A stretch of 64,000 nt of DNA, from assembly GCF_027921745.1 (NCBI RefSeq), contig NC_079239.1, positions 124,001-188,000 of the forward strand, written 5' to 3'. Below are positions 9,843-22,924 of this stretch, piece after piece (within the stretch, counting starts at the first letter, position 1; every line of letters starts with the position of its first letter). The position numbers and the translations under genes are program-made. Below the pieces are notes generated by a model. The model was not told the origin of the DNA. It did not search any database and was given only the letters and a program-made list of their open reading frames with translations. The stretch is from Schizosaccharomyces osmophilus (lineage: Eukaryota).

Positions 9843-10974
9843 ATGAAAGAAACATTTAGTACACCGGAAATTGATTGGCAAAGGTCTTCTCAATGGATAA
9901 TTAGAAAAGAAGACTTGGAATACACGCCTTCTGCTCTCGATGGAATTCCTTTGGTACAAGAACAAATCCAGAGGTCCAAAGGTTGTAACTTTATCATCAA
10001 TGTCGGCTTAAGATTAAAATTGTGAGTTCCTCTTTTCTGTAAAAAGAATGTTCAATTAACCTAGGTTAGGCCTCAAATTACACTAGCGACAGCGAATGCT
10101 TATTTTCATCGGTTTTATCTTCGATTTTCCTTGAAGGATTATCACTATTACGATATTGCAGCGACTTGTGTCTTTTTAGCAAGCAAAGTAGAAGATTCCA
10201 ATAGAAAGCTGAGAGATATTATCATCAACTGCGCAAAAGTTGCTCAAAAGAGTAACAACATCTTGATTGACGAGCAGACCAAAGAATACTGGCGCTGGCG
10301 GGACGTTATTTTATACACAGAAGAGATTATCCTAGAAGCACTATGCTTCGATTTTAAAGTAGATCACCCTTTCAATGATTTGATGCGCTTAATCCAAAAA
10401 CATGCTTCCGATCACAAAAACCTTACAAAAGTCGCCTGGACCTATATTAATGATAGTACGAGAAGCATTTCTTGTTTGCTTTTTCCAAGCAAAGTGATCG
10501 CAGCAGCTGCTTTCCAGTACGGCCTTGAAAAAACCAAAACATCACTTCCTCTGGATGAAGCGGGCACTTCTTTATGGCTTCTAGACTATAACGTTTCGAT
10601 GGATGATATACATGGTAAGCAGTGAGCATTAATTTTTCGTACTAATTGTTTCGATAGCTGTTATGAACTTGATCCATTCTTTGTACAGGCAAATCAACAG
10701 TGGAAAGCCTGTTGTTGCGCATGGTGAGACCAGATTAGACTCGCAAGTGTCAGCTTCTCATTCTACTACTCCTTCAACGATGGCTACAAATTCTGCTCAA
10801 TCAACACCGCAAAAGCAACCTGTCTCTACATCCCTTTCTTTTGAGATAGGTCAAAATGCCACTCCTTCTCGGGTTGATTCCCTTACCGCTTCTCATGAAC
10901 AGACAGAACAAGAACAAAACATTACCGAGACAGGCAAAAATGAAGAAACCCGGGAAGCGATGGAAATTAGCTAA
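9843..10974 (+). CDS. pch1: P-TEFb cyclin T Pch1 (3 exons)
   Basis: TPSALDGI, RSKGCNFI and IAATCVFLASKVED cyclin box. Confidence 0.92.
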
Positions 10975-11100
10975 AAGAAATATAATAAACTTTAAATCGT
11001 CTTGATTTTTTCGGTATTAGATCTTTACCTAACTTAAAATATGATAGTACTCTACAAATGGGTCTGTAGTAAGCGAAGTAAAACAAAGGAAAAACATTTC

Positions 11101-12117
11101 TTATTTCCCATGCTTGTCCTCCATTTGGTTATCCAGAATTCGTATTTCCCGGGATTTTTTGGCTCGCCAACTCAGATATGTATATTTACATATGTCTTTC
11201 ACAAACAGGGCAAAAATACTACCCAGAATACTTTTCTGCACCTTCGATAAGGTCTTTGGGAAAAGTTGTCCCAAAAATCTTCCTGCTAAAGGAAATAAGA
11301 TAATTGGTCGTAGAACCCGAAGAAGTTCATTTGTAATTACGTCTAAAAACATATGAGCAACTGAAAAAAAAGTCCGTAATTCAGAGTCTTTTACTTCTGC
11401 ATCCTCATCAGTCACAAGGCTTTGGTTCTCAATCTGGTGATCTAGTTTTCGGAGCCAGTCTTTCTTTGATTCTTCGTCGTCTTCCTGTGGATATACCAAA
11501 ATCTTTTGTTTGAGATAGCTCGTTAGCTCTTTGTGAATAGAGCGTATCCATGGCAAAGCACAAAATAATATCTGCGTAGTTGAAAATCGATCTACACAGA
11601 TATAAACAGAGCAATGAATAAATAAACTAATGCCAATGTCATAAGATGGTGCTTCACAAAACCGCACGAGCATGCAAGGAAGAATTGGAAGAATGGCCAA
11701 CGAAAACAATGGTCGTTGCATCACAAATAGCATCGATTTTTCATCGGCCACCTGGCGACATGCCCAAAGCCCTGTCTCTCTGAATATTCCATACACAGAC
11801 TTAGTTATACCAAGACAAAGGCCTGTTCCAAGTGCGACCTGTGCTAATCCAGATTCGATATTTTGACAAAGGCCGACGGCATGTAAGAACCAGCTTTTGC
11901 TTTTCATAAATCGAGCAATTCTATATTCACTAAGGCATTGAGGACATCTAGTGTTTGATGAACTTGTAACGTACGTGACTAAGCAGTTTTCATGGGCTAT
12001 CAAAGAGCATTTGCAAGGTCGTCTCCAGGGACTTTTAGCACTGCGCACCCCATCAAACTCATCATAGCAAATCCAACATCGCAAAGGGTGGGTTTTATCA
12101 ACGCAGGAACTTTCCAT
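11101..12117 (-). CDS. MARCH-family RINGv membrane E3 ubiquitin ligase
   Basis: CWIC...PCKCSLIAHENCL...CPQC RINGv followed by hydrophobic segments. Confidence 0.88.
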   Translation of the reverse strand: MESSCVDKTHPLRCWICYDEFDGVRSAKSPWRRPCKCSLIAHENCLVTYVTSSSNTRCPQCLSEYRIARFMKSKSWFLHAVGLCQNIESGLAQVALGTGLCLGITKSVYGIFRETGLWACRQVADEKSMLFVMQRPLFSLAILPILPCMLVRFCEAPSYDIGISLFIHCSVYICVDRFSTTQILFCALPWIRSIHKELTSYLKQKILVYPQEDDEESKKDWLRKLDHQIENQSLVTDEDAEVKDSELRTFFSVAHMFLDVITNELLRVLRPIILFPLAGRFLGQLFPKTLSKVQKSILGSIFALFVKDICKYTYLSWRAKKSREIRILDNQMEDKHGK

Positions 12118-12398
12118 TACTATCGTACAACTTTAAATTATGTCGTCCAACAATAAATAGAAGTTAGTGAATATTTGAGGCAAATGATTGCATTTTCTAT
12201 CCAAAATGGAAAATTGAATTGCCTTTTCGACTAATGTATCAGAAGAGATCGAATTTTATGGAGTTTTGACTATCCTTCGAAAAGTGGAATGAAAAGGGTA
12301 GAAAGCTACTTCCGAGGGACCAACAAGTATAGCAATAAATAAATTAAAATAAAATGAATACTAAAAAACAAAAGAAATTATAAAATGTTGAAAAGTAG

Positions 12399-13220
12399 CT
12401 AATGGGGTTGATTGCGCTGAGTATTTGCTGGATGTGTGGATGAACGTAAGATGGAATTTGGCCTTCTAGGAAGGACGGGAGGACGTCGTGTACCAGTCAT
12501 AGTCATCGACGAAGTTCGCTCCGGAGGACGAAGACGGGAAGAGCTTCTTGAGTATAAACTACGTCTTGAGGCGCTCGATGCCCTTGGCTGGACTTGCGGA
12601 TCATGAGAAGTAGCCGTCGATGTGGATGCGGGATATGAAGAAGAAGCATTACGACTTGGTATGGTAGCCCTTGGTCTTGGAACGGAAGAGTAAGAGGTAA
12701 TTCTTCTATTTGCAGAGGTGTTCAGAGTAGAGGGACGGCTTGCACTACCAGCAATAGACGAAGAGGGCCGAGGAGAGGGGATAGAGGAAGAGTTACGAGA
12801 AGGAATCGAAGATACTCTTGAATTTCTTCCTCGAAAAGTACTTGAGCGTTTCTTTTGAGCTACTAAGGCTTCCTCTCTTTCTCGCCGTGCCTGCTCTTCT
12901 GCTTGGCGTTGGCGCTGTATCTGTAGTTGTTGCTGTTTTTCTAGTTCTTGCTCTTGCTGTACCTTTTCCTTTTGTAATACCTCGATTTCCTCAAGGTCCT
13001 GCATGGGCCCCTTCCAGTCTGTATTCAGTAACAACTGCTGCGTGTGATCTGTTTGGCTCTGTATCGAGGACCAAATATTTACTAGTTGATTAGCAGACTG
13101 AATGGACCCTTCAAAAGAATGAAGTTTTTCTGAAGATATTCTCAAACTCCCTGTAAGTTTTTCAACCACTTCATTAAATGCCTTTAGCAGCTGAAGCTCT
13201 TGTCGTAAGTCGCCCGACAT
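12399..13220 (-). CDS. duo1: DASH complex subunit Duo1
   Basis: LRQELQLL...NIWSSIQSQTDHTQQLLLNTDWKG Duo1 domain plus S/R-rich tail; syntenic with rum1. Confidence 0.85.
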   Translation of the reverse strand: MSGDLRQELQLLKAFNEVVEKLTGSLRISSEKLHSFEGSIQSANQLVNIWSSIQSQTDHTQQLLLNTDWKGPMQDLEEIEVLQKEKVQQEQELEKQQQLQIQRQRQAEEQARREREEALVAQKKRSSTFRGRNSRVSSIPSRNSSSIPSPRPSSSIAGSASRPSTLNTSANRRITSYSSVPRPRATIPSRNASSSYPASTSTATSHDPQVQPRASSASRRSLYSRSSSRLRPPERTSSMTMTGTRRPPVLPRRPNSILRSSTHPANTQRNQPH

Positions 13221-13768
13221 TTTCAATTATATAGTAGTAAAAGTGCCTTGAAGATGTCCTTTTTTATACAATGAAGCTGGTTTAGTGAATTTTATAAAAT
13301 CATCAGCTAGTCTGAAGCCTTTCAGTAAGGAAAGTAAATTAGTGCAAGTAAATCTAGAGGTAGATGGTTTATGTTAAGTAAGGGAATTTAAAGAAACAAG
13401 AAAAAACTTCGCAAGTATAAATCAACAACTGCTGTGCCATTACTTTCTTTTCGTTGCAGTGCTTCGCTCCTTTGAAGCTAGGCGATGAAACTGAGTGAAT
13501 GCATGTGAGCCTTGCATGAAACTTTTTTGTTAAGCGCATTCAGTTTTTCATCATATTTAATGGTAATTTAAAAAAAAAAAGTAAAATAAATTGCTGTTGA
13601 TCCCAGTAATGGAGGTTGGTCAGAATAATAAGATTTACATGCACAAAGGAAAAAAAAAAAAAAGCATAAATTAAACTAGCTTACAATGCTTAATACCAAT
13701 TCGCTCAAAGCCTTCTTGATTAATTTTCTTTCAGTTTACCGTTCGTGTGCGATTATCAGATTTTCTTT

Positions 13769-14045
13769 TGTTTACTAGCTGCAAATGAAGAAAACAGCCT
13801 ACTATGCTTTGATGAAATTTCAAGAATAGTTTTTCAATGTAACAAAGAAATATAAAATAGGAATCACGGGAGACAATAGAAAAGAATTACAAAGAGTATG
13901 AAATTATTGTTTAATGTCCTTCCGTGTAGATTGTTACTCTGTTTGTTTACTTTGCTACCTGCGAAAACAATGAGTGGTTTGTGTCGCGTCGCGATTTAGC
14001 AACAACACTCATCCACCCATTGTAAGTAAAACATAAAAACGCGAG
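13769..14045. promoter_or_regulatory. Forkhead (TGTTTAC) and MCB-like CGCG elements in the duo1-rum1 intergenic region
   Basis: TGTTTAC 13769-13775, TGTTTGTTTAC 13940-13950, tcgcgtcgcga near 13984, acgcga near 14039. Confidence 0.45.
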
Positions 14046-14704
14046 TTTTTATGAATTGAAGGGTTGCTGAGCTTTATTTCTTTTGTCGAGAAAGTTATCT
14101 TTGCTTGCTTCACCGAAGGTTTATTAAAAAGTCGTTCCTTGACGAAAAAGAGCCCTGCTGCTCTCTGAGTGGAAGATACAAATTCATTGAATTCCCAATC
14201 TATAGACAATTTTGGTTACTAAATTTTAGCTCAAGACCCAAGGTTCATGAGTTTTTATTAAAAAAGTCCATTTAGTTGCTTACAATCACAGTTGTTATTG
14301 TTTCAACAGGTTTTAATTTACCTCTTTTTGATTATTATCGTGGGCATTATATTACTAAAAAAATTCTTGGACTGAAAAGTTTTACAAAGTCTGCGTTTGC
14401 ATCCCAACTTTTTGGGTTCATTTTATTTTGATTTGTTTTTATAAATCTATTTTGTTATTCTGGTCTTTTTTGATTTAACTTTCGTTTTGTGAATTGCAAA
14501 GCTTAGTTTTCTTTGTTATTATTCACCGTTAAGGGAGGAACCGTATCTAAAGCTCTTTCTTCCAGGACCACATTCTATAGCACTACCCTCACAAAATACT
14601 AAAGATTTTTATCTGTTTCGTTTATTTGAATTGCTGAGTCTTTGAGAATAACTTTATTGTTGCTCTATCTATCATCAATTACTCTTTTACTGAACCCCAA
14701 AAAA

Positions 14705-15382
14705 ATGGAGCCTACTACTCCGCCTTTGCGGCCTGTATGTACTCCAACTACTCCAGAGTCACCATCGAATTCCAAAATTGATCTTGAAAGCTACTTTGAC
14801 TCTGAGACGAACGACTCAAGTACCAGGTATACTGGGTTACCGAACGCCGAAGCTTCTTGCAATGGGCTCCCACCCACACCTGCGAAAACTCCCAAAAAGC
14901 GACTGTTTCCTTCTTTACTTCGAGAACGAAACAATCAGACGCTCCCACTCATCGAAGAAGATGCTGATAATAATCCGTTTTTGGGACCTCCTGCGTCAGC
15001 TGAGGTGGTTGCGAAACGGAAACGTGAGTTGGAAGCACCTCCATCGGATGGTTTATTTTATGTTTTCCGCGGGAAAAAGGTGAAAAAAATGTTCTCAGGA
15101 GGAACAGACTCGTCATCACTGAAACCCAGACGACTATTTCCAGAAGCTGCAAGCAGTTCCACAGCAACGCCTTTCTCTCGCACGATGGAGACTTCTCAGC
15201 AACCTCACATTGGCGTTCTTCCTCCAGACTGTAATCATGAACAAAAGTCCTTGTATGGATCATCATCTCTTTTTGGGTCAGCCACTGCTGCATCATCACC
15301 ATTCCGAAATCGTGGTTCCCATCCACCCCCCTCTCATACTTCTTCATTTAACAATGGAAGGAACCACCAACTTCCGAGGTGA
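14705..15382 (+). CDS. rum1: CDK inhibitor Rum1
   Basis: MEPTTPPLRPVCTP, LPPTPAKTPKK, DNNPFL, GLFYVFRGK, KPRRLF. Confidence 0.92.
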   Translation: MEPTTPPLRPVCTPTTPESPSNSKIDLESYFDSETNDSSTRYTGLPNAEASCNGLPPTPAKTPKKRLFPSLLRERNNQTLPLIEEDADNNPFLGPPASAEVVAKRKRELEAPPSDGLFYVFRGKKVKKMFSGGTDSSSLKPRRLFPEAASSSTATPFSRTMETSQQPHIGVLPPDCNHEQKSLYGSSSLFGSATAASSPFRNRGSHPPPSHTSSFNNGRNHQLPR

Positions 15383-16352
15383 TAGGCAAACTTGGGGGTT
15401 CTTTAAATTTCCACTTTGATCGTTGTGTTTCCTCGTATAATATATGATTTGTGTATTTATCCGTACGCTTAATGAAGAAAGATAGGATTTCTTTTTCACT
15501 CACCTTCTCTCTCTCTCTCTTATTCCCCTTCTTTTTTCAGTGCTGGCCGCTGGTAATGTTTGTCTATGGCAACCGTCATGAAATAACTATATAAGTATTA
15601 TTTAACGGTTGATGTTTGCATATCGATTCCTTTAATTCAACGAGATATCCCAGAGTATGGTACTTTTAAGGCAGGTTCCAACAAAAAAGACATACTTTCC
15701 ACTTTCCTTTATAACTACTGATGATTTTATTTTCGCATTCCTATAGTAATCCTATAATACAATTCGCCTCCTGTAATAATTGTTTTTGACCTTGTCATCT
15801 CGAAGAAGTCCAAGGTTTTACGAGGGTTTTTCTTTAACATTGAAACAGGCATAAATAATTGATGCAAATTTTTTTAACGTTTTTTTGTTTTTTTTTTATG
15901 TGTTTTGAAAACTTGATTTTGACTTCAATAAGAACAGATGAAAAGATTTAGTAGAAGGTTGTTTTTTATTATACTGTTTAATTTTGTAATTCCGTTCCTT
16001 GGATTGCTTGTTTCCCTTATTCTTTCTCACCATTTATTTATGATTTTTTTTCTATTTTTTTGTTTATTTACTTTTTTTCAATAACTCCATCCTTATTCAA
16101 GGGAACGATGCATTCAGCAAAGTTGTTTGTCCATATCTTTGGGTTACGCTACTAGTTGAACCTTGTCTTGTGTCAAACCATGGCATTGGTTATCAACGCT
16201 GCCGACCCTGAAATTCAAAGCTAAAAGCCATCCAAACGATTCATTCCTACAGACTAGAGAAGTCCTCATTGAAAGAAAAAGTCCAGGAAGAGATTCAAAC
16301 TTTTTGCTCCGAAGAATTCGGACCTATGGTTGAAATTTACAGTTGTAAAAGG

Positions 16353-16392
16353 TGTTTGTTTACTGGATGAATTGTTTGTTATGGTATGACGT
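16353..16392. promoter_or_regulatory. FLEX site and CRE/M26 heptamer upstream of pgm1
   Basis: TGTTTGTTTAC 16353-16363 and ATGACGT 16386-16392. Confidence 0.5.
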
Positions 16393-16708
16393 GGCGTATA
16401 TAGAAAGACAGCAACCAACACCATTGGTGACAAAGGCGTGGGGCTATTTCGTTAAGTTTCGTTATACTGCGGGTTCGTTTGTTTATATACTAAGCAAGGT
16501 CTTTGCACTTGCCCTCAGCATATACTCACTTGGAGTTGACAAGCCAGCTCGAAAAAAAATCATCTTTTCACGAAACGTGTTATATAATAAGTCTTATTAT
16601 TGTTAACGAAGTTTCTAATTTACGTTCCTTTGAAGCATAAAACACTTGCTTTAATTTGTTTGCATTTACGATATATTTGTTTGACGATCCCTTGAAAGCA
16701 TTTGCATA

Positions 16709-18373
16709 ATGATTGAAACGATTGCTACGAAGCCTTTTGAAGGCCAACGCCCTGGTACCTCTGGCTTGCGTAAGAAGGTGACCGTTTTCCAGCAACCGGG
16801 CTATTTGGAGAATTTTGTCCAAGCCACTATGGATGTCGTGGAACCGTCCTCCAAGGGCTCAAAGTTAGTCTTGGGCGGTGATGGTAGATATCTGAATGAC
16901 CATGCCATTCAAGTCATTTGCTCGATCGCTGCCGGAAACGGTGTCGAAAAGCTAGTCATTGGTGTTGATGGCTACTTGTCCACTCCTGCCGCTAGTCATA
17001 TTATCCGCAAATACAAGTTACATGGTGGTATTATTTTAACTGCTTCTCATAATGCCGGTGGTCCCAACAACGACTTTGGTATCAAATATAACCTTAGCAA
17101 TGGTGCTCCCGCTCCCGAGGGAGTGACTGATAAGATGTACTCGATCACCAAGACCATTTCTGAATACAAGAGAGTTCAAATCCCCCAAGTTGACTTGAGT
17201 ACGGTTGGTGAACGCAAGTATGGTCCCTTGACGGTAGAAATTATTGACCCTGTCAAGGACTATGTGGAGTTTATGAAGCAAATTTTTGATTTTAATTTAA
17301 TTCGCAGCTTTATTTCCAAGAACCCCGACTTCACATTTGTTTTCGATGCTCTTCACGGTGTAACTGGTCCCTATGGATTGGCCATTTTCCACAAAGAACT
17401 TGGATTACCCGAGAACTCTTGTGATAACTGCCAGCCCTTAAAGGACTTTGGTGGTGGCCATCCTGATCCCAACCTGACCTATGCCAAGTCTTTGGTTGAA
17501 CGGGTGAAGCGCGAAAAGATTGTGTTTGGTGCCGCTTCCGATGGTGATGGTGATCGAAACATGATTTACGGATACGAATCGTTCGTTACCCCTAGTGACA
17601 GTGTTGCTTTGATTGCCCACCACGCGGACTTGATTCCCTATTTCCGCGAAGGAGGTATCCATGGCTATGCTCGTTCGATGCCCACCTCAGGAGCCATTGA
17701 TTTGGTTGGTAAATACAAGGGCAAGGCTGTTTATGAAGTGCCTACGGGATGGAAGTTCTTTTGCAATTTGTTTGATGCAAAGCGCTTGTCTGTTTGTGGT
17801 GAAGAATCCTTTGGAACGGGTAGTGACCACATCCGTGAGAAGGATGGTATGTGGGGTATTTTGAGTTGGTTGAACATTTTGGCAGCTTTGAATGCACAAA
17901 ACCCCAAGATCAAGACGATTAAGGATGTGATGAAAGATTTCTACAGCATTTATGGACGAACCTTCTTTACACGTTATGATTATGAAGAATTGGACGGCGA
18001 GGGAGCATCCAAGGTGATTCAAAAGTTCCGTTCGATTGTGGAAGCGAAGGATGCTACAGGCAAGGAAGTTGCCCCAGGATTTGTGATTGCAAAGGCAGGA
18101 GATTTCGTGTACCATGATGTAGTGGATGGAAGTGTGAGTGAGCACCAAGGATTGTATGCCAAGTTTGAGAACGGCAGTCGAATTGTGACTCGACTTTCGG
18201 GAACAGGATCTAGTGGAGCAACTTTGCGCTTGTACATTGAGAAGCATGAATCTGATGCTAGCAAGTATGAGGTGGATACACAAGAGGCCCTGAAGCCAGT
18301 GATTGGAGTGGCATTAGATTTACTGTCTTTGGAAGCATTGACGGGAAGAAAGGAGCCTACAGTAATTACGTAA
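16709..18373 (+). CDS. pgm1: Phosphoglucomutase
   Basis: PGTSGLRKK, TASHN phosphoserine site, DGDGDR metal loop, GEESFG. Confidence 0.97.
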   Translation: MIETIATKPFEGQRPGTSGLRKKVTVFQQPGYLENFVQATMDVVEPSSKGSKLVLGGDGRYLNDHAIQVICSIAAGNGVEKLVIGVDGYLSTPAASHIIRKYKLHGGIILTASHNAGGPNNDFGIKYNLSNGAPAPEGVTDKMYSITKTISEYKRVQIPQVDLSTVGERKYGPLTVEIIDPVKDYVEFMKQIFDFNLIRSFISKNPDFTFVFDALHGVTGPYGLAIFHKELGLPENSCDNCQPLKDFGGGHPDPNLTYAKSLVERVKREKIVFGAASDGDGDRNMIYGYESFVTPSDSVALIAHHADLIPYFREGGIHGYARSMPTSGAIDLVGKYKGKAVYEVPTGWKFFCNLFDAKRLSVCGEESFGTGSDHIREKDGMWGILSWLNILAALNAQNPKIKTIKDVMKDFYSIYGRTFFTRYDYEELDGEGASKVIQKFRSIVEAKDATGKEVAPGFVIAKAGDFVYHDVVDGSVSEHQGLYAKFENGSRIVTRLSGTGSSGATLRLYIEKHESDASKYEVDTQEALKPVIGVALDLLSLEALTGRKEPTVIT

Positions 18374-18662
18374 GGAGCATATGATTAAAAGTAGTATAGA
18401 AGAATTGAGAATTGTTAGAATAAAAGAAAGATTGTATTATGAAGATGATAGTAAGAAAGTAGTTATGAAAGGAAAGGAAGAATGGAGAGAGAGTAGAGAG
18501 TTGTGGGGAGAGGAAACAACGGAAGATAAGAGGATCGTTGACAACCGAACCGAGGTAAAAGTGTTTTTGTGTAATGTATTCGGTTAAGTAGATGATGTTC
18601 CGGGAAAACAAAGTTTTCGGCTTTATGATGTCATAGAGGCGAAAAGCGAGTGCTGCAGAAAT

Positions 18663-18724
18663 GTAAACAAACAAACAAACGAACAAACAACAAACACAAA
18701 GAAAGAGAGAGAGAGAGAGAGAGA
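18663..18724 (+). repeat. GTAAACAAACAAA FLEX plus (AAAC)n-like array followed by (GA)10 microsatellite
   Basis: gtaaacaaacaaacaaacgaacaaacaacaaacacaaa from 18663; (GA)10 at 18705-18724. Confidence 0.8.
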
Positions 18725-19120
18725 GGAGAATACGAGTAAAAACGAGTGTAAAAAGAATTCAGGTGGAACGGTGAATTGACGGTGTGGATCAAGACGAAAG
18801 GAATGAGAGCAGAGATTTGAAGAAGACCAAATCTCGAGACAAGAATTCATATGATGCCAAGACGAGATAAGATGAGATGAGACAACCCAAGTTACGGAAA
18901 CCTACGTGTGAAACCAACGTAGGAAAGACAGAAGAAACGATAAAATCAAGGATCCGGCAGTTTACGATGGATGATGGAATTCCGCCTTGGGTGCTATGTA
19001 AGCGCCTGACGGTAGACGGAGGAGGGCTATGCGATCATGAGGAGAGAAAGAAAAGAAGCAAAGAAGGGAATGTGCGACGACCGAGCAGAAGATTCTTGTG
19101 CGAATTCGATGAAACAAGGA

Positions 19121-19127
19121 ACGTCAT
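19121..19127 (-). promoter_or_regulatory. CRE/M26 heptamer ATGACGT in tdh1 promoter
   Basis: acgtcat on plus strand about 350 bp upstream of the tdh1 ATG; TATAAATA near 19391. Confidence 0.55.
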
Positions 19128-19458
19128 GGAGGTGACATCGATTGATGGGAGATGATGCAAAGGGGGGGTACAGGTCATGAAACGGTGCAGGTGAATGAAG
19201 GGGAAAGTTTCGGAGAAAAGCAAAGAACAGAGCGAAGGCATCATGGAAGCTGGTGAGGGCCAATGACAGCGGAAAAGGGGAGTCAAGTAACAAAGGGGAT
19301 GAAGTAAGCGATAATGGTGTTGATTCCAAGAACCCTTACCCCATGAAATTCACGAAATCATTATGATGCTTGAGGGAGGAATTGAGAAAGTATAAATAGA
19401 GGCAGGTGAGGATCAATTGTACAACAGATCATTCAAATTCTGAATCAATCTATAGTAA

Positions 19459-20484
<1,026 letters not shown>

Positions 20485-20897
20485 CTAGCTAGTCCGGCAC
20501 ATGTGAAGAAACGAAAAGTGAACACATAGGAGGTTCCATTTCATTTCTCAACTTAAACAAAATACTCTTCAAGGATTTTGTTTATTTATGAAAACAATTT
20601 TGATGCCTTTACCTGGTACGTTTCTCTAGTTTAACGTATATATGCTTTAATAATGAATTTTTGACAATTATTTCTTTTAAATTTTTCCAGAAAATGTAGT
20701 TCCACTCGTGTAAAATGTAGCTGAAGACGAAATAAGAAAATACGCAAAACGTAGTGAATCCATGGTTATGAAGAGGTTTTTCTTCGCGTGTTGAACTCGA
20801 AGAGGTGGTAAGAGTTGGTGGGTGCGAATTGCGAAAGACGCTTTGCGCTCTTCGCTTTGTTTGCCTTTTGCACTTTACCAACCACGTCGCTACCTCC

Positions 20898-21104
20898 ATG
20901 CCCAGAGCCCAAAAAGGATTGTTGTTGGTGGAGTGCGACCCAACTGTCAAGCAACTCATTCTAAACATTGACGAAAAGTCGCCTGGAATTGTTATTGAAG
21001 AAATCGACGACGAACGCCTTCTCGTAAACGAGCATCGTCTGGAACAAATCAAGGCCGAGCTCGAGCGTCGTCTGGAGGAAAATACATATCAAATCGAAGA
21101 TTAA
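20898..21104 (+). CDS. tfb5: TFIIH subunit Tfb5 (68 aa)
   Basis: MPRAQKGLLLVECDPTVKQLILNID... Confidence 0.93.
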   Translation: MPRAQKGLLLVECDPTVKQLILNIDEKSPGIVIEEIDDERLLVNEHRLEQIKAELERRLEENTYQIED

Positions 21105-21391
21105 TTTCTGTTTATGGTCTTTTAAAAGACTGACTCAATTTCTTTTCATTATATACTCTATTCTATAACGCAAAACATTCTGCAAACAACCACTTCCTAG
21201 TTGTGAAAAACGTAGCAAAAGCTTTGGTGAAAACTTGAAATTCTCAAAAGATGGTCTTAGTATACGGCGTCTCTCTCCACCTCAAATAGTGATTGATATT
21301 GATGCACTGGGCATCAAGGCATGTCGGGTCATGTCAAGCTACTGAAGTCAGGTAGGTACAATAGCATTCTTCCGCTATTCCTTCTTTACAT

Positions 21392-22189
21392 TTACACCAT
21401 GCCAGCGGGTGCGTCGTTGTTTCCTCCTCCGGTTCCACCGAGGGTAGAGCTCGAAGTAAATGCCTGGCCCTTGATTCCTGCAAAGGTATAACAAATCCCG
21501 GTCAAACCCAAGACCACACCAGCGGCGATCAAACTAGTAATCGAGAAAATGCATCCCAAGAAGGTCACCAGTGCAAAAATCGCATAGATAAGCTAGAATT
21601 TTAGTGTTAGTTATTTCCACGAAAAACAGGTTCCATGCAGAAAAAGTCTCACCCCGCGATAATAGTTGCTTGCAAAAGTGTCTGTAAACGTTTGAAATTT
21701 TTGTGAAACAGGGCAAATGCGTGCCAAGAAGGGAAGTTCAATAAAAACTAATAGTACACCTTCCACAATGGTCAAGGCCGAGAACAAGACGACTAACGTA
21801 ACATGAAACAAATTCACAATCCCCAAGATAAGACACACTACATTCCCATGTTAGCATAGTAGATCAATGAAAAGCAATGTCCATCGTGCACTGGAACGAA
21901 GATTGAGTTTTGTATACCCAATTTGCATGAGTGTACCACATTTCATGAACCCAAATCCATCGGTTTTCAGCAAAAAAAGTGTTTTTCTTGCATTATTCAC
22001 CAGTTTCCACACATTCCTCTTTTGCTGACGCCTTTTACTTACAGATAATCGAAAGAATACCGAGCCATTGAGCGTAAATTCTGCAAGTTTTGTTAGTGTA
22101 CGTCTTTACAGCCGTTCCAGTGTTCCATACGAGAAATTCCAACTCTTTAGTTCTCCAAAGAACGTATTTTTTATTCGATCTATAATCAT
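21392..22189 (-). CDS. tvp18: Golgi membrane protein Tvp18 (multi-exon)
   Basis: Spliced model MIIDRIK..KSWNFSIYAQWLGILSII..CLILGIVNLFH..FIELPFLARICP..AGIKGQAFTSSSTLGG. Confidence 0.82.
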
Positions 22190-22924
22190 AGACTGAAACA
22201 TTTCGAATGAAGGATGATGCTAAGCGCAAACACTTGGATCCAAGTTCCACAGATCTTGGTCTACTCGTGCTCCATTTAAGGAGATTGAATCTCGTTCGTA
22301 AGTCATTTTCCGCATCACTAAGCATCGCTTAAAGTAGGATCTTATCTGATCAGATAAAATCATAAACAAAGAAACTCATAGTTTGGGATGCTGGAAACGG
22401 TGCGTTTTTAAAGGGAAGAATAAAGAAGATTTGAATATTTCATCGGTTGTATCTTTTTTTCTTTTTGCATCAACTTCAAGCGAACTCGTCAGGTCCTCTC
22501 AGAAAACGACTTGCTGTACTGATGAGCAAGTCCATAATAACCACAGTACTCTCAGTGATTGGTAACGAATCAAAACATTGAAATGGCAGTGTGTCATATC
22601 CTTGTTATGAAATGCGTCTTATCTTTATACGACAGTCAACCAAGGCCCTTTTCTTTCTCATGCATCAAGGATCTTTCTATGCATTAAATTCCTATTTTAT
22701 TTATTTTTTTCATTAACGTCTGATGTATTAAGTCACTTGGTACCCATAAACTTGATGTTTCCAAAGCATCACTGATTTTCAATGCTGGAATACTTCATAA
22801 TGTCTTATGTCCTGTTCCGGTAAGGAAATCAAAAACTATCATGCCATTGATAATTTAAAAATTATTTCTACGTGGCTTTCATAGCCTTATCAGCTATTCA
22901 CCGAATTAAAACAATTTCTGATAT

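Noticed and set aside
14642..14704. N-terminal extensions from TTG/GTG starts in the ORF track (rum1, ckb2, oxs1, tfb5, wag)
   Set aside because: Eukaryotic DNA; the first in-frame ATG matches the expected N-termini.
22207..22332. 41-codon ORF with an internal GTAAGT, considered as a Gemin7-like first exon or C/D snoRNA region
   Set aside because: The nearest splice acceptors lead to immediate stops; imperfect C box and no rRNA complementarity recognised.
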